64,000 nt of DNA. Source: Lama guanicoe (Eukaryota). A program made the translations under genes and the position numbers. Positions 48,736-61,869 of this stretch are shown in pieces. The stretch spans positions 3,067,130 to 3,131,129 of the forward strand of contig MU054391.1 of NCBI GenBank assembly GCA_013239625.1, given 5' to 3'. A model generated the notes under the pieces. It worked only from the letters and a program-made list of their open reading frames with translations. It was not told the DNA's origin and made no database searches. The first letter of the stretch is position 1, and every line of letters starts with the position of its first letter.

Positions 48736-51700
48736 GACCCTTTACCGTTCAGCCTCTTCTCTCTGGCCCCAGTGGTTGGAAAACTCATTTGTAGCCTTTG
48801 ACATGGCTGTGACCAAGGCGGGATTTTGTGCCCTCCTGTTGAACTGCGCTGGCTTTCAGGTCGCACTTCTTAGGAGGAAGACACAGGACAGGGGGACACA
48901 GGCTCCCTCCCAGGCTGGGCCATGCAAGGCTTCCTTCCAGCTCCTTCTCTTTCTTGGGGTTGCACCCAGGGAGTCCTGAACGGTCTTGCGGTGTGTTTGT
49001 TCACCCCGGAGACCCCAAGTAGACGCGGAGAAACCCAAGGGGCTCAGTGTGGTCCCAGCAGCCACCCGTGAGTGAGGACACCTCCCAGCCGGGAGCCACC
49101 TCCCTGCGCCGGGTGAAGCAGGGATGCTGTCCCCGTGGAGACCTGCCCCAGAGGCCACTGGGGAGGAAAAGAAATCGATGTTGATCTTGTGTTAAGCACT
49201 AAGTTTGTCACATTGTCATAGTCACTGGAACATGGCTTTCAGTGCCATGTCACATGCTTGTGATCATATTTTATCAGATCTTAATTCAGTGTATATGTTG
49301 TCTAAAAGAAAGGCTTTTTTTCAGATGCATTTCTTTGGTCTAATTATGTGAATGTTCATACGAGAAGGGGAAACAATTCATGCTAACGATTTACTTTTAA
49401 GGATCTAATGTCATCATGAACCAAATCGTTTGGGTAGAGGTTTAACTGTGGCCAACTCAAAAGGACGGGTTTTGCTGAGATGATATTTAATTTTCCTAAG
49501 GAAATATTCAGGATACTGGGTCTGTTGATAACGCTTCGGTCCATCAATTATGTTTTTAAAATAATATCTTATATTCTCTTAATCAGATTTTTTTTCCTCA
49601 GTTGGCCATCATCATTCAGGTAACACTGTTATGTTCCCCAAAGATAAAATGTTGACTTGTTTTTAAAGCAGTTCTGTATCTGATGACAATATAAGTCAGT
49701 CTGGCTGAGCACAGTTCCTAAAACTCAGGTTTTACCCACCAGCACTCCAGAGCCGTCTACACGACAAGACGGCTTAGCGCTTACTGAGTCTGAGATTCAC
49801 CTCCCGTTTTGTGCTTTTGTAGGTGAGCCCTGCCCCCCACCCCTGCACCCAATGGATGAATAGATGCTTCTAAGACGTTGCTTTATTCTTTTAATGTAAT
49901 GAGTGCAGGATCAGTCTAGGTGTGGATCTAAGAAGCATTTGGGGGGCACATCTTCTGTATTCAGATATTTCTAGAGTCATGGATGTCCCAGATGGGACAG
50001 GGCGTTTTTCATTGTTCATTACGTCCCCAGCCCAGGACCTCTGTGCGTGTTTCGTGCTTCCTGGAAATGTTGCTCCCATTAATTCATCTTCCTGCAGCTC
50101 ACGATTCTCCTCAACATTCACATCTGGCCCCTCCTCGGGTTGCTTAGATCCCATTTTGTTCACGTGATGTAAGTCTCTTTTAAGGGCTTAAGCCCTTCCC
50201 CCTGTTTTATTTATTTATTTATTTATTTTTAAGGTATAAATGATTATCGGCAAGGATCCCATCCTCCCCCCGGCTTGCTCACTCCTGGCCTTTCTCCCAC
50301 GTTCCCTGGAACTGAGACTGTGGGAGAGCCAGACACTTGTGCCTTGCTCACTGAGTTGCTCCCCACAGCCCGACGCATGTCGGGAAGCTAGCGACCACAC
50401 ATCAGTCTCTGTCGAATGAATGCACGGAGAAAAGAGTGGATGAATCTTGATCCCCTTAACAGAGACCCCTAAAACTTTTCATGCCTGTGCTCACCACATC
50501 CATCCCCCACCCTCGTGTCATTCTGGCCCCTGGTCCTTGCCACCTCTGATCCACATGTGGCTCCCTCTATAGACACGGCGAGCAAGCTGTGTTCAGACCT
50601 CCTGCTGCATTCTAGCAGTTTCCCTGCAGTCTTTCTTCATTCGCTTCTTGTATTGACCCTGGGTGCAGCGGACAGTCTTCAGCACATCCCTCCACACGCA
50701 CAACCGGGAGTGGTGGAGTGTAACCGGTTCTGCAAAGTGGAGCGTTTGGTTGGGGGAGCATCACCCTACGGTCTCGTGAGGCAGCACCCGCAGAGGCAGG
50801 AAGCGGCTGGCCGGCTTCCTGAGGGCTGGGGTTTGGAACTTCCCTTCCATGGAGAAAACGGGGGTGGGGAACAGGATCCTTTTCATCTATTTTCAGACAA
50901 GCTTGGCACAAGTGAGTGAAAAATATTATGCATTTAGTTCCACTGGCCTTGTAGTTGTTGTACATGTATCTTAAATTCCTAAATGCGCCTTAAATTGCAT
51001 TCTGTCTGTCAGTCGGATGGTCAGAGGCTTTGATCTCTGAGGCTGCTCTCCAGGTGCAAGTTTTAACAAAAGCTGGTGTCCGTTTGTCTTTACCGGAATA
51101 CTTTGCTATGTGTGCGCTTCACAGAGCAGTGCTGGAAAAATATTCAAAGAGGAGAATTTGTTTTCATTATCTCCAAACTGGTAAAATAAAATTATGTTTT
51201 CATCGATGTATAATTGACAGAGTCGCCGAAGTGGTTTGAAAACTCCGAGGTTTGACTCTGAGATCCGACGGCAGTCTTAGCAGAGAAAGCTACAAGGCAT
51301 CAAACCTGCAGCCAGTGGTGGGACGACAGGTTTCGGTCACATTGTGTTTGAATCAGAACTAATCACTTTCAGTACAGAGTCACTGCGGGTTACTCCTTCT
51401 GTCCAATTTTTGAATGTATCCCTGGAAACTAAGCTGGGTGCTTTGCCAAAGATTGTGCCTTTGCCTTTGGCCTTAGCGCAAATGCCCTTCCTCCCCCAAA
51501 CCAAAGCCTTCAGCTATTTACTCTCCAGAAGAGCCAAGGATCTCTTCCTTCTGTGGGATGGGGATAGGGAGAGGGGCTGGGGGGCTGGGGGGCCAGGGAA
51601 CAGCCCAAGGACCTCGCCGCAGGGGAGGAAGAGCAGCCTGGACTGGGGGCCAGCACGTGTGCGGCATCAGACTGGGCTCCGTACACGGAGTCTCTTCATT

Positions 51701-52378
51701 CAGGTGACAGTCAGCCCAGAGAAATTCAGCGTAGACTCTGCACCGTTCCTTCTGTCTTCGCTGGATGTCACCTCACTTGTGTGTGGAATACTCTGAAGAC
51801 GATGTAAGCTTTCATTACATCACGGGGGTGTGCTCTTAGAGAGGATGTTGGCCCAGGCTGTGAATCAGAATGAGTAAAAGGAAAGCCCTAAGATCTGACA
51901 TTGCTTTTAGAGTTGGTGTGTGCCCAGCGCCTCGTTCTGAATTTACCCCGAATGCAGAAAGGGGTGCTGTGTGCACAAAAGCTTGCGGGCCGGTCGTGCC
52001 CCGTTGGGGGCTGTCCAGAGGCCGAGTCCTGTATGTGTCCCCTTACTATGTTACGTGAGGTATTTGTATGTACCCACGTGTTACACACTGCTGGGCTCGG
52101 AGCTGTCATCGGTGTTGGACATTTAGCAGGAAGAGAGACTGACACCTTGAACGAGGTTTACAAGTAATTACGACTTCGATCAATGCCACAAATGAGCACA
52201 TGTGCGGATACGGAACGTGCCAGAAGATGCACCCGTTCCAAGTGACGCTGAGCGCCTGGACTGGACGCGGCCCCTAAGTGACCACTGCCCCTTTGGTGTC
52301 ACAGGGAAACTGCTAATATCTGCACATGAGTTTAACTGGTGTTTTCTTAACCTTTTTTTTTCTTCTGTCTTTGACAAG

Positions 52379-52463
52379 ATGGCCCTCCTTTAAGACGGCT
52401 CCGTTAGGTAGACAGAAGTTTCTGCCATCGTGCTTCCTGTGACGGCCTTTGGAAGAAAGAGAC
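52379..52463 (+). ncRNA. Candidate 85-nt non-coding exon
   Basis: Branch-like cttaac, long polypyrimidine tract, AG at 52377-52378 and donor GAC|gtgagt at 52464; stops in all three frames. Confidence 0.35.
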
Positions 52464-52930
52464 GTGAGTAACTTGGAGCGTAAGCACAGAATCACAAAAC
52501 CCAACACGGGCTCACAACTTGGAGGGTTTTCCTCGACTCTGAGGGGAGAGAGGGTAGCCCACGGATGACTGCATGCAACAAAGAAGAACAAAGGTACAAA
52601 AGCAGGATGCTTGCCCTCTGCTTGAGTTTATGTGTATTTATAACCAGATGTGTTAATGTGTGTGTTTTTCACTGGCCTAAATGTGACGCAGGGGCAGAGG
52701 CACTGGCCCGTCCCAAGGCTCTGGATGTCAGTGTGGGGTTCGGTACTTTGTGTGTGGACGTGGCAAAGGTTTTAAAAATATTTCACCGGATTCATCATTT
52801 ATTCATTCATCTAACAAGCAAGTCTTAGATTAATAATTACTATGGAGGACAAGATGTTGTAATTTTATCTCTAATGCTTGTACAATCTTGATGTAACTTT
52901 GTCAGTTAGAGGAATGTCCCCTTTCCCATC

Positions 52931-53389
52931 AGTATCAGTTTCCTCAGGCTGCTTTAATAAATGACCACAGGTTGGGTGACTGAAGCAAGGACAACAGATA
53001 GAGAAACTGGTGCACGATTCTGGAGGCCAGATGTCCAAGATCAAGGTGCGGACAGGGTTGCCTTTCCTGAGGGCCGTGTGGGAGAACCGGCTCCCCCACT
53101 GCCCCCTGGCTGTTGGTGGCTTACTGGCGACCTTGGTCCTCCCTTGGCTCATAGATGCTTCACCCCAGTATGTGCCTCACCTTCACCTGGCCGTCTACTT
53201 GTGTGCAAGGCTAGATCCAAATTTTCCCTTTTAATAAGAGCTGGATCAGGGACCCACTCTCCTCCAGAGTGACTTCATCTTTAACTACACATACAACATC
53301 CCTATTTCCACACGAGCTCACACACTCAGGTGCTGGGGGTCAGGACTTCAACATACAAATTTCCAAGGGGTACGTTTCCATCCATAACA
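52931..53389 (-). mobile_element. Full-length MLT1 (MLT1B/C-like) solo LTR
   Basis: agtatcagtttcctcaggctgc...ttctggaggccagatgtccaagatcaaggtg...caggacttcaacata...ccataaca; perfect 5-bp TSD ccatc (52926-52930 / 53390-53394). Confidence 0.93.
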
Positions 53390-56300
53390 CCATCCAATGT
53401 CAAGAGTAGTCAGTATGCTCATCATGGCAGGGAGGGCGCTGCCACCAACGTCCCACACCGTCACTGTGGATGAGACCCACCGAAGTCCACGCCAGAGCTG
53501 CCCCCTGGGGTGTTTGCTACCTGTGCATCAGACCCCTGGCACAACGCTGCTCAGATCTCAGTGTTCAACCCTTCCAGGAGACCACAGAGAAGCGCCTTCC
53601 ACCTGTGCTTCCACTGCTGGGCATCCCTCTTTCTGGGTAGTTGGGCACAGCCTGTAGATCTGGACTGTGGAACAGCCAGGGAAGAGGCCCTGTTTTCGCC
53701 TCTGTGAGTCCCAAGCCAGCTTTCCATGGAGAGCAGACCGAGGAGCAAAAGGCTGCTGCGGAACTCCTGCCCATCACGTCGCTGCCCTGCACACGTTCCC
53801 GATGGCGACATTCTCAAAACCACAGTCTTCTTGTTGTCTCTCCTTGGATCACAAAGCCTGATGTATTTTATAAAAAACAAATCAAGTTAGGAGGTGATAA
53901 CATTGAACGATGGCTTACATTCCAATTTCAAGAACAAGTACCAAACGATTTTCAATTCTGCTTAAAGCTGTTGCAACCATCTTAGAACCAATTACAAGTT
54001 TAGGAGTGGATTTGGCTCTGAAAGTTGTATGTGAATAAGGTGTGGTCAAGATTGGAGACTTTTGCTGGAGGATGACATGGATACCGAGTGTTCACAGTGG
54101 TGAGTTCCCCGTCAGTGTATGTGGTCCAGGCCAGGCTTAAGGATGCTGAGGCCAGCTATCTGTGCAGATAGGTAGGTGGTGCCTAACTCATCATGGGGGT
54201 TCAATAGTTTTGGATGGATATATGAATGAATGGAGCATCTAGTGAGTCGCCAAAATTCATTGTCTTTAAAATGCCTTTTAACCCTGAGAATCTATGAGTC
54301 TATAATGGGCCCCATATTGACCCTATATAAAATCAGCATTATTCTTTCTAAAATCCGTGCGCTATGTAAAATATTTTATTGCTCGCTATGTCATAGATTC
54401 ATATTTTGGCATTCTGAGAGAGGAAATTCTCTCTGAATGCTCAATGTTGAGATGCGTATTGGCTGTCTGGCATGCCATCATTCACGCCATCTGTTCGAGT
54501 GGCATGATGCCTAATTGCAAGGTGGCCTGACAGCTTTAAGGGGCTCTGCTTGCCAGTCACATTTGAGCTTCGCTAGCTAACCTGCAGAACCCAGAACAGA
54601 ACAAGCTGAAAAAAGTTACCCTGCTGGTAAATCGCAACTCCAAATGAAAAGATCATGCCTCATTAAAAATGGCCATATTCTTTGACTGTGGTAGGCATCC
54701 TTCAAAAAGCCCCTGTTGAGTCTGCCTCCCGCTCAGTGACCACTGCTGTGGTCATCTCGTTCCACGGAGAAGCAGTAACGGACAGAGACTACATCTTGTC
54801 CAGCCGGCATCACTGACACCTTATAAATAAATGTTCACGATGCCTAAAACTCTCATGCTTGAAAACAAATGCACCAACCTGCCAGAATTTCACAGCATTG
54901 TCTTCCTAGAATAAGCAAACATCTGTTACCCTAAAGTCCAGTTTACCTTGTGGGAAAGATGCTGTAGGAGGCGGAATAGGGGTGAATTTGCTTACCTCCT
55001 GGAATTGTCATGGAAAAGACCAACGTAAGCATTAAAATATGGAGATTGCAAAGCAGGAAATTTAATTGCTTTCTGGACATTGAAAGTCTGGGAATATGCA
55101 TTTAAGTTTAGAGCTGCTAGTTACCGATGAGAAAGCAGGCTCAGAGATGTTCAAAGACTCACTCCAGATCGAACAGGAAGTCCACGCAGAGCTGGGGCTG
55201 CAACACCCAGCGCGTTCTCTTTTCTCCCAATACGCAGTGGCGTAATGATTGTTCTTACTGTAGTGAAAATGATGATTGGGGTATAGTCTTTCTTTTTACT
55301 TTCCTGTCCTTTAATTAACTTTTTTAAGCATTATCAGCCCATCTGGCCATCCACTTAAACACGTTACCTTCAGTACAGTGACTGTATAAAATATTTTGAA
55401 GACTTGGTATTTTTCGTCTTACAAGTCAGATCTTTGAGACGACATTTTGGTTAGTGTTGCTGTTATTTTTACGAGGTAATCTCTATTTTGAGCCAAGCTC
55501 TTACTGAATCTACTGCAGACAGGTGCTTTTGTGTTCCTGTACGTTCCTCAACGTAGCACTTACCTAGCAGGAGCCCAGTGACTTTCCGTACTGGGTGTAG
55601 ATCAGTGAAATGGAGAGAGCAGGGAAGAGGGACTGGGCGGCAAAGAGAAGAAATACTGTCAGTGACTGGGTATATGAATGACACTGGCTTCTTAAACATG
55701 TCTAAACTTCAGAGGGGAATACTCCTCACACACTTTTCCTATCGCACCATACTCTGTTTAAAAACCTTTGCATGCGTGCATGACTGTCGGTGACACACTG
55801 CGTGGGTTGAACTTGACAGGCAAGTGAAAACAGTGTATTTTTTCTCCCACTATGGTTTTCAAACCCACTTTATTGGTTTTCTTTTCTCTATTCCTGAACA
55901 GGTAGTTTTTATACCTTTTTACATCATATCCGTGCATGGGAATAAACTCATTTTCCATCATTTAAAACTCCAAGCTGGTCTAAACTAGCACTTGTATTTC
56001 ACATCCATGTTTAAGTTGATTCCTACCCAGGACCCAGGTCTGAATAAGGCTCTGCAGCCTTCAGTGGGAAAGCAGGCTGCCATCTGCTCTTATTCTTCAT
56101 CTCATGTTATACCTTCTGGCTTCTTACATGTGCTTCCTCTAAAGGTGGGAGCAAGGACAAGGTCCTACATCATTAGGACCCCCAGACAGATTCCAGAATG
56201 TTGCTTAGTCACGTTGAGGTGCTGGCTGTGGGTTTAACGGAGGTATAATTGGCTCTCTGTCCTCCTCCCGTTCTCCCCTAAGGTATTAGATCATGCACTG

Positions 56301-58879
56301 CTTCTGGGATGGGCGATGGTCCCCCTGATGTCCTGGGAGTTTTCTCTTGCTCCCCCACATCTGGAGATGTACACACCTCCCAGTGAAATGCAGGCCTCTC
56401 CCAAAGGAAAGGCAGATACCCAGCAACAGATGTAGGGTTACCTGGAATGAAGATATAGACACCTTCGATGTTAGTGCCACCACCTCCAGTGCAAATGCAG
56501 ATGCATCCCTCATAGCAATGCAGACCCTCCCAACAGAAGAGTGGCCATCTGCCAGTGGAGCTGCATCCACTTCCAAAGGCCATGCAGCCCCAACCCCCGA
56601 CCCCTAGTGACATCCAGGCACCTCCTGAGAGCTCCTCTTGTTCCCCTTGGGAGAGACAAGTGTCCCCATGAATTTGTACCTGACTATGCCAGCAGCTTGG
56701 TTATTCTCAAACTAGGGTGAAGGAACCAGCTAGCTTTTGGTCTTTTCTCTCTGAAGACCCCCCCCCCCTTCCTGTAGCTCTGAGATGCCTCCCTTACCTG
56801 TGTGGACCTGGGGGTGACCCTGGCTGCTCTCCATCCCGCCTTCCCTTTTCTCTTTCCAGCTCTGATTTGTTTCTAGTCTCCTCTTATTTAAAGTCCAAAG
56901 AAGAATATCAGATCCAGTATCTCAGAGCAAGCTTTAACTACTTCTTGGCAGTTCCCGAAAAGGATGAGTCTAGCTACCATTTCGAGAAAGTGAGAGATTC
57001 GTCCACCTTGGTTCTCAGTTTAATGGCCTCAGCTAAGGCTTTAAAATGAGAATGAAATGAATGCTCAGTTGTATTTATTTATGTCCAACCTTGATCTGAA
57101 AAGACTCTAAGGTGGTTCTTTAGAAAAAAAATGTCCAATTACTAGTGCATTGGACACAGTTGGATGGTTTTTCTAGGAATTCACTCAATCCACACATGTG
57201 GGACTCTGTATTTCACAATGACTCAAAGCACCTTTAGTTCTGAATGACTTCTTCTCTAGACCAAAGATATGTAATAATTAAATGTTTTAAAGTTTTGTTG
57301 ACAAAAAGCAGCATTATTGTATCAAAGTTTATGGGAAAGCATTGAGCCATTTTCACAAAGGACAGCAGAGACCTATGAGCTACAGACGGTGTGAGCACAG
57401 CTGATGGCAGCTCAGGGCCCGGTGCTCACTCAGCTCTCAGCTCCCACAAGTGGCAATGCCAGTTCGACGGCTTTCATTTTCTGATCTATGAAAATAACGA
57501 GAATGAAATGTCTCTCAAAGTGTTATTTTAGGGTTTGCACAATGGGACATAAATAAAGCCCCCTGACTAGCATATGGGAACATTTCTTTCAAACTTGTGA
57601 AAAAAATTGCTATTTATTAAAATCAGATTCTAATGTAAGTAACACGCCTTTTGGACAATACATGTCTTTTAACATTTGGCTCCTCAAAACCCAGATAAAT
57701 AGTATTTCTTTGCTTAGATAGTTGGGAAAACTGAACCTAAGGACATCTTTGCTAAATAGATAAGAAACATCCTTGCAAGACAAATCAGAGCGTCATGGTT
57801 TCTATCTTACACCAAGATCACCTTGCAGAGCTGAAAGCTCTGCGCTTGCTGGCTGGGCCAATTACCATCATTTGGCCAGCGCCTCCGCTTCTGGCAGGGA
57901 GGCCGTGTCAATAAGCCAAGCCCTCCGAGGCTTCATGTGGCTGCAATTAAGGTTCACCCCTCCCCTGGGATTTTCAGAATCTGGGCATATTGTGGATAAA
58001 TCCACACCATCTGAAAAGGTGGAGAGTGGAGGGAAACAAACAGGGTGAGAGATCGTCCAGGAAACAGCCTTCCCCACTTCAGTGATGACTTTTATTATGT
58101 TCTATTGATTTTCATGGTATTTCCCATTTTTGAGTGGAGAATAGCTTGAAGCAACAGCAGCAATAAAGCAAAGTTTCTGTCAGTCATTTCTGTCTTTCTC
58201 ACCCACACGTGTGTTCTCTCCATCACATACACACAGGCACATGTAATTCTTGTGAGTGATGAGTTTCCAAATATAGGAAATAAGGCTGAGGTTTCTGGAA
58301 CTATCACAGGACCGTCCCTAGGAGCTTTCAGAACTCAGAACGATTCTTAGAAGGCATCAGAAAGGGACGGGAGTGCAGTGAGCTCCAGACTCCCCGACAC
58401 CGAGTGCTATAGATGAGCATAGACCATCACCTTTGGCATTTAACCTGGAAGTACTTTCTGTTTTTTCAGTTCCTACTCTGTGTTAGATCATGTGATGCTA
58501 CTTAAGAGTATCTACAGAATAATTCTGAAGAGGACAACAGGGCAGGGTCAGCATAAAGCCAGAGGGATCTAAAGCCAGGGGACCATGGTAGACAAAATTA
58601 TGATCCCTACCTAGAGTATAACCTCCTGGTGCACACACCTGGCACAACGTCTAGGGCAGTGAACAGAATGGGGTCCCACGCCCACGGTGAGGGCAGGCTG
58701 CATAGCTCAGCCGGCTCGAAGGGAGGGAGGTTGTCCTGGGCAGCCCTGACCTCGGCACAGGAGCACTTACAAGAGACAGGCCTCATCCTGAACAAAGATG
58801 AGCAGATAAACAAATCCATAAGAACCGAGTATGAGCAGTGCGATTTTACACAAGGAAGGTTTTTTAATTTCTGGCTTTG

Positions 58880-59160
58880 AGACAGAGACGACTACCTGTC
58901 AAGGAATGCGGGAGGCCTCTAGGAGTTGAAAGTAGCCCCCAGCTGACAGCAAGCAGAGAAACAAGGACCTGGGCCCTATTTCTTTGCAAGAAACTGAATT
59001 GCACGATGGCAAGAATGAGCTTGGATGAGGGCCTCAAGCTCAGAAGAGAGCTCAGCCACCAAAACCTTGATTTTGGCTTGTGACACTCTCGCAGAGAACC
59101 CAGTTACGTCATGTCTGGACTTACAGAAGGTTGCGCTAACAAATGGGTATTTGTTATACT
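58880..59160 (+). mobile_element. MLT1 (D/E-like) LTR fragment
   Basis: caaggaatgcgggaggcctctaggagttgaaagtagcccccagctgacagcaagcagagaaac...accttgattttggcttgtga. Confidence 0.85.
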
Positions 59161-59224
59161 AACTGTCCTGGGATAGCAGTTATATACCATAAGATTGATT
59201 TTTTTACAATTTCTTGTTTTCTTA

Positions 59225-60110
59225 AATTATGATCACAGAGCTGTCTACTACCTAATTTCAGAACATTTTATCACCCCCAAAAGAAACCCCATAACCATCA
59301 GCATTTGCTCTCCATTCCTCCCTTCACAACTTCCTGGAAAACACAGATATGCTTTCTGTTTTTATGGATTTGGCTATCCTTGAAATTTCATGTAAATTGA
59401 ATTATACACCATGTGACCATTTGTGTCTCATTTCTGAGCATACTTTTAAGGTTCATCCGTGCTATAGCATGTATAAATACTCCATTCCTTTTTATGGCTG
59501 AATATGTGTCCACTGTATGGATATACCACATTTTATTTATCCATTCCTCAGTTTATGAACGTTTGGGTTGCTTCTCCTTTTTGCTATTAGGAATAATGTT
59601 GCTATGAATATTTGTGTACAAGTTTTTGTGTGAACATACATTTTCAATTCTTATGACTATACACTAGGAGGGGAATACTGAGTAGAATGGTAACTCTATT
59701 TTTAACATTTTGAGAAACTGCCAACTTGTTTTCCAAAAGGACTGTACCATTTTGCTGTCTGCTAGCAATGTAGAATGATCCCAATTTCCCCACATCCTTG
59801 TCAACATTTGTTATTGTCTGTCTTGTCACAGAATTATTGGGCATTTATGTGTCTTCTTTGACATGTCTATTCAAATCCTTTACCCATTTAAAAAATTTGG
59901 ATTGTATTTTTACTGTCGAGTTGCCAGAATTCTTTACATAGTCCAGATACAAGTCTCATACCATATACATGATTTGCAAATATTTTCTCCCATTCTATGG
60001 ATAATCTTTTCACTTTTTGTATTTTGAAGCACAGATTTTTTTGATTAAGTCAAGTATATTTATATTTTATTTTGTCACTTGAGCTTTTCATTTTATATTT
60101 AAGAAACCAT
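59225..60110 (-). mobile_element. L1MB-type 3' end
   Basis: ctaatttcagaacattttatcacccccaaaagaaacccca...ccattcctttttatggctgaata...gatttgcaaatattttctcccattct. Confidence 0.9.
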
Positions 60111-60114
60111 GACC

Positions 60115-60252
60115 AAATTCCTAAAGACGCCATCAGAAAACTACTAGAGCTCATCAATGAATTCATTAAAGTTTCAGGATACAAAATTAATACACAGAAA
60201 TATGTTGCCTTTCTATACACTAACAATGAAATACCAGAAAGAGAAATTAAGG
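60115..60252 (+). mobile_element. Internal L1 ORF2 fragment (RT region), little diverged, without 3' end
   Basis: Translates as [44 protein letters not shown], the segment following the catalytic ADD motif of L1 ORF2. Confidence 0.92.
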
Positions 60253-60454
60253 CCCCCAAGAAGCTGGCTTCCGCTCTTCTGATGGGAAGAGGGGCAGGAT
60301 TTCTGGCAGAGGGTCCCAGCTGGCTCAGCAGGGACAGCTGGTCTGGAGCCCATGTTCTTAATGCACAGAGCTGGCCCAGAGAGACCTGGGTTATTGTAAG
60401 AGCTTTTCTGTTCTCCCTGTCTCCACACTTACTACCACATGATACTTTTTAAAG

Positions 60455-60968
60455 TGAATCCTAAATTATTATTTAAAAACATGATTCACATATCATGTCT
60501 ACTTTGTGCAAAACCCTCCACGTACTCCCATCACTCTTGGGAGGAGTGAGAGGTCCTCAGCAGGGCTGTTCCCTCGGCCTGGACCAGGGCCAGGCTGCCT
60601 TCTGGCCTCATCTCTTATGCTCTTCCTCATTCTGATGGCGTCGCAGCCACAATAAACTGAACTTCCTGTTGTTCCTTGGGCATCTTAAGACCCCTTTGCT
60701 CTTACTGTTTCCACGTTTCCTCTCACCTCACTGAGGGTCAGTTCAGATGCCACGCCCATGACTGGGAATCTCACCTTGCTACCCTTGCCACTCTCCAGTC
60801 TCTGTTGCTGCTTCATTTTTCTTCCTAGAGTGTACTGTTCCCTGCTGTACAGCAAATGGGGCTATTTTGTGAACGACATCAATGCTGGTGACTATAAGAA
60901 TGTCTGGCATATTTTAGGACCTCAAAAACATTTCTTGAACGAATGAATGCATATGAATGAGTAAATGG
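60455..60968 (+). mobile_element. L2 LINE 3' end
   Basis: tcatgtctactttgtgcaaaaccctcca...tgtctggcatattttaggacctcaaaaacatttcttgaacgaatgaatg. Confidence 0.75.
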
Positions 60969-61466
60969 AAAGTTAGAATCTGACATAAGAGTCAACAGGG
61001 ACCTGTGATGAGGGCAGTGACTCAGCGGACCCGATGTCTTGGGGCATGAAATTAGATGGCAGTGTGCACTATGCTTGTTAAGAAATGAGGTCGTGGCGAA
61101 GACACCGGAAAGGATGGTGCTTCCAGTAGCTGAAGTCTGGGGAAATGGAAGTCTGAGCCCTGTTAGGAATACCAAAGATAAGAAAAAAGAGTCAAAAGAA
61201 GAAATGGCAACAATTGTTGGCAGCCTGGATACAGCAACAAAGGGCAGACATTGATCAAAGTGGACACCCAGTCTTCCAGAGACAGAGGTCAAACCTCAAG
61301 GGAGTTAGGGCGTCTGGAAGGAGAACTCAGGGAAATGACACGGCCCGATCTGGACGTGCTGATTTTGAACGGTCAGCAGAGTGGCCGGCCAATGAGGGCT
61401 ACTTGCTAGCTGACGACCGGGCACTAGGATCCCAGTCATCAGACAGGAAAGAGGTAGGCGGGTGTT

Positions 61467-61700
61467 GTAAGTGCGATTCCCCCAGAAGCAGACCCTGGAA
61501 GGATTAGGAGAAAGTGAGTTAGTAGGGAAATCCCCTCTAGAAAGAGCAATATATCCAGAAACCAGGACCAGCCGGGGTAGGACACACCACACTGATGAAA
61601 CATCTGAGGGGCTCCGGCAGGGCCCCACCCCCAGCGCTTGCCGGAGGGAGCCTTCCCGACTGAGTGACTGCCTTTCTCCGGTCTGGGAAGGTGAACGGGG
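61467..61700 (-). mobile_element. ERVL LTR fragment (LTR33/LTR16-like)
   Basis: ttcccccagaagcagaccctggaaggatt resembles the antisense end of LTR33; extent uncertain. Confidence 0.4.
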
Positions 61701-61869
61701 TGCAGCTGTGGCCACGGAGAGGAATTCGTGTTTCCAGAGCAGGAGGGGAGAGCTTAGGCTCTGCTAAGCCCTAAATGTCCCTAATAGATTATTAAAAATG
61801 TATTAGGGGAAGAGGATTAAACAAGGAGCCTGGAACCTACTGAGGAATGCTACTTGGATGCTGAGTAAT

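Noticed and set aside
60072..60452. 126-aa ORF with reverse-transcriptase similarity as a possible domesticated gene
   Set aside because: Only about 45 codons are L1-derived, the catalytic motif is absent, and the rest is unrelated flank with no ATG ahead of the L1 segment.
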